Assembly (NCBI GenBank): GCA_963727445.1
Contig: CAVSGI010000014.1
Location: 1 to 64,000 of the forward strand
DNA length: 64,000 nt
Direction: 5' to 3'
From: an uncultured delta proteobacterium
GTDB taxonomy: Bacteria; Myxococcota_A; Polyangia; Polyangiales; B10-G4
Below are positions 44,146 to 58,593 of this stretch, in pieces. Within the stretch, counting starts at the first letter, position 1; the number at the start of each line of letters is the position of its first letter. Position numbers and translations under genes: made by a program. The notes below the pieces were generated by a model, which saw nothing but the letters and a program-made list of their open reading frames with translations, searched no databases and had not been told where the DNA came from.

Positions 44146-45569
44146 TCTCCGACATCGGCGCGATGACCATGGCGTGGGCCGCGGTCGAGCTGGCCATCGG
44201 CCTGCACGGCCTCTCGATCCACATGCGGCGCCCGACCGACCTCGAGTACCTCGCGTTCGCGATGCTCTGCTTCGGGATGTCGGTCTACACCTTCGGAGCT
44301 GCCTCACTCACCGACGCCAGCTCCTACGCCGACGGGACCACGGCCATGCGCATCGCCTACGTCGGAGCACCCGTCGCCCTGGGATCGTTCTGCGCATTCG
44401 CGGCGCTCCTCGATCCCGCCCACGGCTTTCGGGTCGCGAAGCTCGCCGTGTTCTGGTCGGCGCTCGGACTCTTCGCGAACCTGGCGGGCCTCTTCTTCGA
44501 TCCGGAGAAGCGCGCCACCCGCTCGCCCTACCTCGAGCCCCAGATGAGCGCCGTGGCCATCTTCTGGGTGGTCGGCACCTGCCTGCTCATCGGCTTCACC
44601 ATCGTCCGCGTGGCGGGCCGCGCCCGCGAGGACCGCGACCTCATGATCCTCAGTGCCGGCTCGTTCCTGCTGGTGGCAGCCGCGGTGCACGACCAGATGG
44701 TGCACCTGTTCGGATTTCCGGGTCGCGTCTACATCCTCGAGCACGCAGGCGTGGTCGTGAGCTTCTTGCTCTCGTACATGCTTCTGAGGCGTCTGGCGCG
44801 CACCGAGAGCGAGCTCGAGGAGCGAACCGCCGAGGTGGCACAGAGCTATCGCGAGCTGAGCCGCGCCCAGGGAGACCTGATCAAGAAGGAACAGCTCGCG
44901 GCGGTGGGTGGGCTCTCGGCGGTGATCGCGCACGAGATCCGCAACCCCCTCGCCATCCTCCGCAACGCCGCCTCCGGCCTCAAGCGCCCGGCCCTCGGTG
45001 CAGAGGATCGCGAGACGCTGCTCCAGATCCTCGACGAGGAGTCCGATCGGCTGGGGCGCCTCTCCTACGACCTCGCCACCTACGCCCGACCCCTCGATCC
45101 GAGCTCCGAGCCGGTGCACCTCCGCGCGCTGCTCGAGGACTGTGTGGAGCACGCGCGGCGGCTGGAAGCGGCGGAGGGGATCGACATCGAGCTGCTTCTG
45201 GGCGAGGGGCCGGACCTGGTGGCTGGAGACCCGGCTCTGTTGCAACACGCCATCCGCAACATCGCCGAAAACGCGCTTCAAGCCATGCGCGGCGGCGGCC
45301 GCCTCACCATCCGCACGATGCGAGCCACGCTCGAAGGCCGAGACGCGATCCGGCTCGAGATGGAGGACACCGGAGAGGGCATGGACGTGTTGGTGCAGGG
45401 CAAGGCGCTCGATCCCTTCTTCACGACGCGCGCATCGGGGACCGGGCTGGGCCTCGCGATCGTCGACCGCGTGATGAAGGCGCACGGCGGGGCGCTCGAG
45501 ATACGAAGCCGCTACGGCCAGGGCACGACGGTGGCGATCACGTTGCCGACGACCGAGGTGGGCCCATGA
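44142..45569 (+). CDS. Multi-TM sensor histidine kinase
   Basis: KEQLAAVGGLSAVIAHEIRNPL, ENA, DTGEGM, PFFTT, GTGLGL. Confidence 0.93.
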   Translation: MISDIGAMTMAWAAVELAIGLHGLSIHMRRPTDLEYLAFAMLCFGMSVYTFGAASLTDASSYADGTTAMRIAYVGAPVALGSFCAFAALLDPAHGFRVAKLAVFWSALGLFANLAGLFFDPEKRATRSPYLEPQMSAVAIFWVVGTCLLIGFTIVRVAGRAREDRDLMILSAGSFLLVAAAVHDQMVHLFGFPGRVYILEHAGVVVSFLLSYMLLRRLARTESELEERTAEVAQSYRELSRAQGDLIKKEQLAAVGGLSAVIAHEIRNPLAILRNAASGLKRPALGAEDRETLLQILDEESDRLGRLSYDLATYARPLDPSSEPVHLRALLEDCVEHARRLEAAEGIDIELLLGEGPDLVAGDPALLQHAIRNIAENALQAMRGGGRLTIRTMRATLEGRDAIRLEMEDTGEGMDVLVQGKALDPFFTTRASGTGLGLAIVDRVMKAHGGALEIRSRYGQGTTVAITLPTTEVGP

Positions 45570-47462
45570 AGATCGGGCTCGACCACGCCATCTCGCCGTC
45601 TTCCTGCTGCGACCTTCGCGTAGATCCAGGGGCGGCGGCGGTCGCTTCGAGCTCGACCTCGAGTCGCCCTGTCCGCTCACCGTCGGCGACCGGCCCGTCG
45701 GGTCCCGGAGCGTCGAACGTGCGATCGGCGGTGCCGTGCGCGCGTGCGCCCGCACTGCGGTCGGGCCGATGGCCTCGAAGTCGCTCCCCATCGGATGCTC
45801 CGCCGCGCGCGAGATCGAGGAGGATCTTGGCACGCCGCTGGTCGCGTAGCAGCGGCGCTCGCGGATGGCCTCGAGGATCGCCTCTCGGGCTCGTCTCGCG
45901 TCGCCTGCACGGCGGTCAGACCCGCAGCGGAAGGGATCGCGCTTGCGCGCCACGCCGTGGTGGTAGAGCAGCCCGTGTCCGTCCGAGCAAGCGATGAAGC
46001 CGAAGCGCTTCCCGCGCCGCGAGCACCGCTTCGACCATCTGGTCGCGCAGGTCGCCGCGCGCGCCGAGCGGATGGTCGGCGTAGCACGTAGCACCGTGGC
46101 AGGAGCAGATCTCCCAGACCGGCTGCCCGACCGGGTCGTGCGCCTCCTCGTCGGCGCCGGTCCAGCCGACGTGGTGCGGCACCGCGAAGCCGCCCAGCGC
46201 CTCCGCCGCGCCGCGACCAGATCCACGCCCTCCGGCACGTCGTCGCGGCTCACGATGCACGGACCGCCCGAGGGCGGCAGGTAGACGACCTTGTGCCCGG
46301 GCCCCGGATACATGCGGCCGGTCCACTCGTAGGCGATCAGGGTCGCGAAGCGCCCCCCGCGTCGTCGTGGCGATCGGCCACCGCTGTCGAGATCGCCCAC
46401 TCGCCGGGGCCGATGCGCTTGCCGATGAACGACTCGTGATCGGTGAGCGCGCAGAAGTCGTCGCCGTACGGCGTAGCGCGCGCGCAGATAGGGCTCGTCC
46501 GCGCGTGCCGCATGCCGTCGGAGTGCGCCGAGTGCTGGTGGATGTCGCCGAAGAGGGTACGCCGGCCGTCCCTCGCCGCCGGGTCCGGGCGCGCGGTCGT
46601 GCGGGCGACGTCGCGGTGCGGACGGTCGTTGAGCCGAACGCGGGCCGGCGCGAGCGCGGGGCGCCCGCCGCTCGGCGGGTCGAGAGCTCGAGGCGCGATG
46701 CCTTGCGTTCTCGCGTCGCGCGGTGAAGAGGCGCCCGTCGGACGACCGCGCGCGACCGCGACCCAGCGGCCGCGACAGCCCCAGCCAGCCCGTCGCCGAG
46801 CGGCGCGCGCTCGCGCCACCCGCCGACGCTCAGCGTCCTGCCGATAGAACGGTGTGCGAGCCGCGGCCGAAGAGCGCCATCGCGCCGTCATCTCCGACAG
46901 CTAGCGTCGGAAACTCGAAGGACTGCTCCTCGCCCTCCCGGTCGCGATCCCGGTCGCGCATCTCCGCCGCGGCGCGAAGACCCGCCCCGCCTCGTCGACG
47001 AAGCGAAGCGCGATCCACTTGGCGAGGTCCGGCTCGCCCATCGTCCTCGCGGACGTTGTGGTGGAAGGCGACCCACGCGCCGCCGGTCGCGGCGGCCACA
47101 GCGGGCGCCGCGGCGGTGCCCCACGCGTCCCACACGAGCACCTCGTCGCCGGCGGGTGTCGTCAGGACCACGCGCGAACGATAGCCGGTGCGGCGCACGT
47201 CGACCCTGAAGCCGTTCGCCTCGTCTCGATCTTCGACCGAGGCGTCGTCGGTGGGCGCCGGCTCGGCGCCCGGCGTCAACGCGGGGACGGCTGGGGCGAA
47301 GTCGGTGGCGGTGGGCTCACCGACCTCGAGGGACGCGGAGAGCGCGAAGGTGAGCACGCGCTCGCCCTGACGCTCCCAGGCGATCACTGAAAGCCGCGCA
47401 CCGTCCCCCGAGGCGACGAGCCGCGGGCTGCGTAGATATCGGTCGGTGCTCTGGGTGATCAC
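45538..47462 (-). CDS. DUF3604/PHP-like metallohydrolase, heavily frameshifted
   Basis: FGDIHQHSAHSDG, ALTDHES, AYEWTG, VPHH, EICSCHG, FGFIACSDGH, RRCYATSG, AWSSPIF. Confidence 0.75.
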
Positions 47463-47465
47463 GCG

Positions 47466-49725
47466 TCAGTTCACGTAGCCCAGCGCGCGAAGCTGGTCGC
47501 GGATGGTGTCGTCCATCTCCGCGCTCTGGCTCTGGAGCTGGACGCCCTGGCCCTGCACGGCGTCCTGCCAGTGGCTGCGGTCGGTCGCGCCGAGGAACTG
47601 CCCCAGCATGATGCGCATGAAGCGGGCGGCGACCGGATGCTCGTGGCGGTCGAGCTCGTGCTCCTCGCCCGGATCGTCTCGGAGGTCGAAGTAGGTCGCG
47701 TTGATGCCGCGCAAGACCATCTTCCAGCGGCCCGCGCGGATCACGCGGCGGTCGTTCTGGAAGTCGCTGAAAGCGACCTGCGGTCCGGGCGGGAGCTCGC
47801 CGCGGGTGAAGCCCAAGAGGTCGCGCCCCTCGGTCTGCGGCATCGGTCGTCGACGCCCACCGTCGAGGTGACCGTCGCCGGGATGTCGAGGGTGCCGACC
47901 GTCTCGGTGACCGCGCCGCTCGGGCATCCCGGGGCACGTGCACCATGAGCGGCACGTCGAGCAGCTCCTGGTAGATGGAGTGGCCGTGGCCCCAGGAGCC
48001 GTGCTCGTCGAACTCCTCGCCGTGATCGGAGGTGACGACGAAGAGCGTGTCGTCGCCATACCCCGAGCTCCTTCAGGCGCTCGATGAACGGCCCAGGTCG
48101 TGGTCGTGCTGGGAGATCTCGCCGTCGTGGAGCGCCGCGAGGCGCTGGCGGTCGCTCTGCGTCGAAGGTGATCGCGCTGCGCTTGGCCTCCTCGAGCAGC
48201 TCCGGCGTGCTGCCGAGGCGTCACCTGCCCCGCGTAGTCCTCGCGCGAGTCGTACATCTGCCGGTACTCGGTCGGGCGGGTCGTAGGGCACGTGGGGGTC
48301 GATGGTCTGCACGTAGGCGAAGAAGCGCTCGTCCTTGTGCGCTTCGATCCAGTCGCCCGCTTCCTGAAAGACGTTCTCGGCGTCGGTGCTCTTGTTCTCG
48401 CGGATGAAGTTCGTGTAGTGGTCCCAGCCCTGGTCGAAGCCGAAGCGGTCGGAGACGTAGCCGTTGGCGATGAAGCTTCCGGTCGCGAAGCCGTTGTCGT
48501 GCAGGTGCTCGCTCAGGAGCAGGGCCTCGTCGGAGAGGCGGGACTCGCTCTCCTTGGCGCCGTGGCTGGTCGGAAAGAGCCCGGTGAGGACCGAGGCCAC
48601 CGAGGGCTTGGTCCAGTTCTCCGCCGACTGCGCGCCGAGGAAGAGGCTCGACTCGCCGGCCAGCGCTTCGAGGCGCGGCGTCTGCACGCGCGAGCGGGGA
48701 TTGAAGGGCTTGAGCTTCTCCGCGCGGAGGGTGTCGACGAGGAGCACCACCACGTTGCGCGCGGGCTCCCGCTCGGTCTCTTCGATCTTCGGCAAGAGGA
48801 TGCGCGGGAGGCTGAAGCCGACCCGACCGTCGCCCTCCCCTTCCGCGACGAAGTCGATGCGGGCGACCTTGCCCGCGAAGGCGGCGAGGTCGACGACCTG
48901 GTCCTGCCACTCACCATTCGCCTGGCCGGCGTAGAGCTGGGTGCGCGAGCCGCCCTCCGCCGTGGCGAAGACCTTCACGTTGGCGGCCGCACCCTCGGCG
49001 CCGGTGCCGAAGCCGAGGCGCGCGCCGGCCGGGATCTGCTCGTAGAAGCTGACGGTGGTGGGGCGGCGGAGGGCGATGGCGCGACGGCTCTCCTCGCCCA
49101 TCATCATCTCCTGGACGAGCTGGCCGTAGCGCGGCGCTTCGAACTCGCCGCCGGGGATGGAAGCGCCTTCCACCACGCGGATCGACTCGATGGCCGCCGC
49201 GACCGGCTGGCCGTCGATCATCTCGGTGCCGCCGAAGCGCATGAGCAGGTAGTTCTCACCCACCTCGACGTGCTCGGCCGCGATGGTGATGTCGTAGTCG
49301 CGGAACTGGTCGCCCTCCTCCAGACGGATCAGCTCCTGCTGATTGCCGTTGAGGAAGAGGCTGAGGTTGCGGCTGCCGACCGGCTTGGCGCGGAAGCGGA
49401 GGGTCACGGGCCCGGCCTGGTCGACCTGGAAGAAGACGCGCCCGGTGTCGCCGACGTAGCTGAAGGTGACGTCGCCGGAGGACTCGTCGCTCACCCACCC
49501 GGTGCGCCACTGCCCGACCGTGTACTTCATGCGGGCCGGGGTGCCGAAGTCGATGAAGGTGCCGTGGTGGTCGATGTCGGCGAGGTGCGCGCGCTCGAGC
49601 AGGTCGATGTGCGTCCGCATCTCCTCGAACGCCTCCGGCCCCTCGGCCGCCTCCTCGTCGTCGTCACACGCGAAGCCCGCCATCGCCAAAAGCGCGAGCC
49701 CCAGAGTCCAAAAGCGCCTGCTCAT
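47466..49725 (-). CDS. Sulfatase-superfamily lipoprotein with N-terminal beta domains; frameshifted near the 3' end
   Basis: Lipobox AGFAC; NVVVLLVDTLR, NWTKPSVASVLTG, DPHVPY, TSDHGEEF, GHGHSIYQE. Confidence 0.88.
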
Positions 49726-50089
49726 CGATTCGCCCTCCTCCATGGACAGTGCGCACCTGTCCAGGTGATTGGTCGGGCTGTAGCACGCAGGATCGCGGGG
49801 GGGCAAATAAGCGGCGCGGTCGCCTCGGGGGGGGGCGCGGTCCGTCTGGGGCGCGCGGTTCGTCTGCACGGACCGGGGATGCGAAACACATCGGACTTTC
49901 GCAGGATCACTCCGCGCCGTGCGTTTGTGACGAAGAGCACCTCCTCGCCCGAGTAGATACGCGTCGAATGGCGTCTCCTCCCGCTCCGGCGCCTCGCGGT
50001 AGGTGGTCACCGGCAGAGGATACCGGAGACGGACGGCGGCGCAGACGTTGGCCTCGACCTGCCCGTGACGACTTCGGACGTGCTGAGCG

Positions 50090-54648
<4,559 letters not shown>

Positions 54649-54651
54649 CGG

Positions 54652-55689
54652 TCACCCCTCGCGCGCGAGTCGCTTCGCGGCCCACGCCGCCGCCTCGCGC
54701 ACCACGTCGGAGGGATCGGCCGTCGCCTTGTCGCGGATCACGGGCAGGTGACGCCGGTCGCCGCTGTTGCCGAGCGCGACGAGGACGTTGCGCGCCATCC
54801 GCTCTCGCCCCGCGCGCCGCAGCGGGCTCCCTTCGGACCACGCGAGGTAGCTGGCCTCGTCCATCGCGAGCAACGCCTCCGCATCCACCTCGAAGCGCGC
54901 ATGGGGCGCGAAGGCCTGGGTCGCCTCCACCGGCTCGGGCGCGGTTCGGTTGAAGGGGCAGACGTCCTGGCATACGTCGCAGCCGAAAGCCCAGTCGCCG
55001 AGACCGGGACGCAGCGCCTCGTCGATCGCGCCTTCGTGCTCGATCGTCAAGTACGAGATGCAGCGGCGCGCGTCGAGCTCGCGCGGACCGACGAAGGCCT
55101 CGGTCGGGCACGCATCGAGGCAGAGCCGGCACGCGCCGCAGCGCTCCGCCATCGGCGCATCGGGGGCGAGCTCCGCGCTGGTGACGAGCGCAGCGAGAAA
55201 GACGTGCGAGCCCAGCCCCGGCACGATCAGGCAGCTGTTCTTGCCGACGAAGCCGACGCCCGCGCGCTGGGCCCAGGCGCGCTCGAAGACCGGCATCGAG
55301 TCGACGGAAGCGCGCACCTCGGCGCCTTGCTCGCGAAGCCATCGCGCGAGCTTGCGCAGGCGCTTGTGCAGCACGTTGTGATAGTCCCGACCGCGCGCGT
55401 ACTTCGCGACGCGGAGCGGCGCCGGGCCGGTATCGCCTCCGGGGCGCGCGTAGGGCGCGACCAGCACGACGATGCTCCGCGCCGAGGGCAGCATGCCTTC
55501 ATTGCGTGGATCGATGCGCACCTCGGCGGTGCGATCCATCCAGGCCATCTGACCCTGCCTGCCCGCGGCGAGCCACGCGCGCAGCCTCTCCCCTTCCGGC
55601 GACAGGCGCTCCGCTTTCGCCACGCCCACGCGCGCGAAGCCCAACGCCGCTGCGCGCTCCACGAGCTCGGCCTTCGAAGGCTCGCTCAC
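54652..55689 (-). CDS. queG: tRNA epoxyqueuosine(34) reductase
   Basis: YARGRDYH, GFVGKN, CGACRLCLDACPT, RCISYLTIE, FGCDVCQDVCPFN; GTG at 55689 chosen over the ORF-track ATG. Confidence 0.95.
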   Translation of the reverse strand: MSEPSKAELVERAAALGFARVGVAKAERLSPEGERLRAWLAAGRQGQMAWMDRTAEVRIDPRNEGMLPSARSIVVLVAPYARPGGDTGPAPLRVAKYARGRDYHNVLHKRLRKLARWLREQGAEVRASVDSMPVFERAWAQRAGVGFVGKNSCLIVPGLGSHVFLAALVTSAELAPDAPMAERCGACRLCLDACPTEAFVGPRELDARRCISYLTIEHEGAIDEALRPGLGDWAFGCDVCQDVCPFNRTAPEPVEATQAFAPHARFEVDAEALLAMDEASYLAWSEGSPLRRAGRERMARNVLVALGNSGDRRHLPVIRDKATADPSDVVREAAAWAAKRLAREG

Positions 55690-55718
55690 CTGGAGAGCAT
55701 ACCGTGGCATCATGGGCC

Positions 55719-56711
55719 ATGCGCTTCACGCCTTGTCTTTTCGCCATCGCCTCGGCGCTGGTCGCCCTCCCCGCGTCGGCGCAGCAGACCATCGCCTACG
55801 ACACGCTCTCCGCAGACTCGCCGGTGGCGGTGACCTGCGGCTTCTGCTCGGGCGAGCGCTTCGGCGTGATCTTCCGCGATCTGCCCGCCCCCGCCGTGGG
55901 GCTGAACGCCGACGACTTTCCGATCCAGCTCCAGGCCATGCAGATCGCGCTCGCCAGCGCAGACGCCATCGGCAGCGCCGCCTCCTACACCTGCAGTGGC
56001 TCCACCGTCGCCGGGATGGCCTCGGTGGGGATCGCCATCTACGCGGGCGAGACCGTCCCCTCCGACATCACCGCCATGCCCGCTGACGACGTCTGGCCGA
56101 GCGAGAGTCTGGTCTACTCGAACCCCGACGTGCCGGTGGAGCGCAGCGTCGCGGACGAGACCGGCTCGGCGAGCTACACGGTGAACTTCAATCGCCTGGT
56201 GCTCGAAGACGACCTCGGCGCCCCCTTTCGCGTCGAGGCGCCGAACACCTACGTGCGGGTGGTCGTCACCCTCAATGGGGGCACCGATTTGTCCAGCGCC
56301 TCCTGCGACGCGTTGATGCTCGAGCCGCCGAGCGCTTTCGCGGTGCGAGACAACGACGGCGTCATCGCCAACGAGCGCGACTTCATCTACGCCGACGGCG
56401 CCGGCTGGATCTGGAACGAGGACGTCCCGGGCGGGGGGATCAGCGGAGACTGGGCGCTGCGCCTCGAGGTCGTCGCCGAAGGGATGCCGATGGCAGACGG
56501 GGGCACGACGATGCCCGACGCGGGACCGGCGGATAGCGGGAGCGGCGCCCCCGACAGCGGAGGCGGCGGGGACGGGAGCGCGGACACGGGCACGACCGGC
56601 GACGATGGTGGGTGCAGCGCGGTCGGTGTGGTCCGTCCTGCGTCGCCGTGGGGGCTCGTCGCCCTTCTCTTCTTCTTCGGCCTCGCAATCCGTCGCGCCC
56701 GTCGGCTTTGA
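55719..56711 (+). CDS. Surface protein with MYXO-CTERM tail (paralog 1)
   Basis: Signal ASAQ; DDGGCSAV..PWGLVALLFFFGLAIRRARR tail. Confidence 0.8.
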   Translation: MRFTPCLFAIASALVALPASAQQTIAYDTLSADSPVAVTCGFCSGERFGVIFRDLPAPAVGLNADDFPIQLQAMQIALASADAIGSAASYTCSGSTVAGMASVGIAIYAGETVPSDITAMPADDVWPSESLVYSNPDVPVERSVADETGSASYTVNFNRLVLEDDLGAPFRVEAPNTYVRVVVTLNGGTDLSSASCDALMLEPPSAFAVRDNDGVIANERDFIYADGAGWIWNEDVPGGGISGDWALRLEVVAEGMPMADGGTTMPDAGPADSGSGAPDSGGGGDGSADTGTTGDDGGCSAVGVVRPASPWGLVALLFFFGLAIRRARRL

Positions 56712-56759
56712 CCCCGGACCAGCCGCTCACTTACCTTGAATGAACCCACAGGAGTCCTG

Positions 56760-57974
56760 ATGCGCCCCACCTTCGTTTCTGCTTGCGTGACTCTCCTCGC
56801 CCTGGGCGCCCTCGCCTCCCCCGCCGCCGCACAACGCACCGTCGCCTACGACACGGTGAGCGAGATGACGCCCGCTGCCGTCTCGTGTGGCTTCTGTGCA
56901 GGCGAGAAGTTCGGGGTGATCTTCCGCGAGCTCGGGCCGAGCGTCGGCCTTCAGACCGACGAATTTCCGCTCACCATCAACGCCTTCAAGATCGCGGTGG
57001 CGAGCGCGAGCGTGACCTTGGACACCACCACCTTTTCGTTTCAGTGCGTCGGCTCCGGAGCCGGTGGAACCGTGGGTGTGACGATCGAGGCCTACGCGGG
57101 GCCCACGGCCCCGACGGGATCGATCCTGTCGAACCCCATGGATGGACCGTGGCCGGGCGAGACCATGGTCTTCGCCCAGAGCGCGGATCTCGAACGGAGC
57201 GTCGAGACCACCCCGGGCAGCAACATGTACAACGTGATGATCAACACCGTCATGGTGGACGGCGGTGCGATGGTGGATGCGTCGAACACCTACGTGCGTG
57301 TCGTCGCGACCATCCCGAGCGGCGGGTCGAGCGAATCCTGTACCGCGTTGATGCTGGGACCTCCCGGTGCGGTCGGCATCCGGGACGACGACGGCCGCAT
57401 CGACAACGAGGTCGGTTTCGTCTACGCGATCAACGAATACCCCTCCCTCGGTGGCATCCCGGCGGGCTGGCACTGGAACGAGGACATGATGATCGAGAAC
57501 CCGACCGGTGGCCCCCCCGGCATCGGCGGCGACTGGCTCATCCGCATGGACATCTCGCCCGCTTCCGGCCCCCGGCCGGACGCAGGGACGATGACCCCCG
57601 ACGGCGGCACCGCGGACACCGGCACGCCGCCGATGGGCGACAGCGGCATGGCCGCCATGTGCAGCGCCGACAGCGAGTGCGCGGGCGGCGAGGTCTGCGA
57701 GTCGGGGATGTGCACGCGGGTCTCCTGCACCACCGCCACCGACTGCGGCGGCGGCATGACCTGCGTCGGGGGTCGCTGCCGCAACCTCTGCGGCGCCGAC
57801 GCCGAGTGCGCGGGCGGTGAGGTCTGCGACACCGCCGCCGGCTACTGCGTCCCCGTGGGCAGCGGCGGCGATGGCGGCTGCGGCTGCCATGTTCAGAAGC
57901 CCGGATCGCTCCCGCCCCTCTTCTTCCTCTCCCTCGCCGTCCTCGGCCTGGCGCTACGACGCCGCCGGACCTGA
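56760..57974 (+). CDS. Surface protein with Cys-rich repeats and MYXO-CTERM tail (paralog 2)
   Basis: Signal AAAQ; CSADSECAGGEVC repeats; DGGCGC..LFFLSLAVLGLALRRRR tail. Confidence 0.82.
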   Translation: MRPTFVSACVTLLALGALASPAAAQRTVAYDTVSEMTPAAVSCGFCAGEKFGVIFRELGPSVGLQTDEFPLTINAFKIAVASASVTLDTTTFSFQCVGSGAGGTVGVTIEAYAGPTAPTGSILSNPMDGPWPGETMVFAQSADLERSVETTPGSNMYNVMINTVMVDGGAMVDASNTYVRVVATIPSGGSSESCTALMLGPPGAVGIRDDDGRIDNEVGFVYAINEYPSLGGIPAGWHWNEDMMIENPTGGPPGIGGDWLIRMDISPASGPRPDAGTMTPDGGTADTGTPPMGDSGMAAMCSADSECAGGEVCESGMCTRVSCTTATDCGGGMTCVGGRCRNLCGADAECAGGEVCDTAAGYCVPVGSGGDGGCGCHVQKPGSLPPLFFLSLAVLGLALRRRRT

Positions 57975-58162
57975 TCCCGCAGCGAGAACGACCGCGAGGC
58001 CACCCGAGCTGGCGTCGAGCGAGGCGAGGCGAGGCGAGGCGCCGAGGGGCTCACCATTGGCCGCAACTTCCGCGGCGGGGGACGGAACCGGACGGCCCAT
58101 TCGGCCCGGGCGAGGCCTCGCCTCCCCCGTCCCGTCCGTCCGGACGGACCATTCGGCCGAGG

Positions 58163-58522
58163 CGGACCGCTCTCGGAGGCAACGGGCGATGGGTCGGACT
58201 TCGGGCCGCGTCGACGGACCGCTCTCGGAGGCAACGGGCGATGGGTCGGACTTCGGGCCGCGTCGGCGGACCGCTCTCGGAGGCAACGGGCGATGGGTCG
58301 GACTTCGGGCCGCGTCGGCGGACCGCTCTCGGAGGCAACGGGCGATGGGTCGGACTTCGGGCCGCGTCGACGGACCGCTCTCGGAGGCAACGGGCGATGG
58401 GTCGGACTTCGGGCCGCGTCGGCGGATCGCTCTCAGAGGCAACGGGCGATGGGTCGGACTTCGGGCCGCGTCGGCGGGCCGCTCTCGCGGCAACGGGAAG
58501 CGGTCGGACTTCGGTCCGCCGT
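58163..58522. repeat. Tandem array of a 52-bp unit, six near-identical copies plus one degenerate
   Basis: CGGACCGCTCTCGGAGGCAACGGGCGATGGGTCGGACTTCGGGCCGCGTCG(A/G) starting at 58163, 58215, 58267, 58319, 58371, 58423 and 58475. Confidence 0.95.
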
Positions 58523-58593
58523 GCGCGCATTCCTGGCGACCCTGGTAGTACCCCCCGCGCGCTCTGCCGTACCCCCTGAGGCCGCTCGACGAT

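Noticed and set aside
55690..55721. Divergent genes only 5 bp apart (queG ATG 55713 and 55719)
   Set aside because: queG more plausibly starts at GTG 55689, which has a TATGCT hexamer 6 nt upstream
58163..58522. CRISPR array
   Set aside because: Units are contiguous and near-identical with no unique spacers; no cas genes in the window
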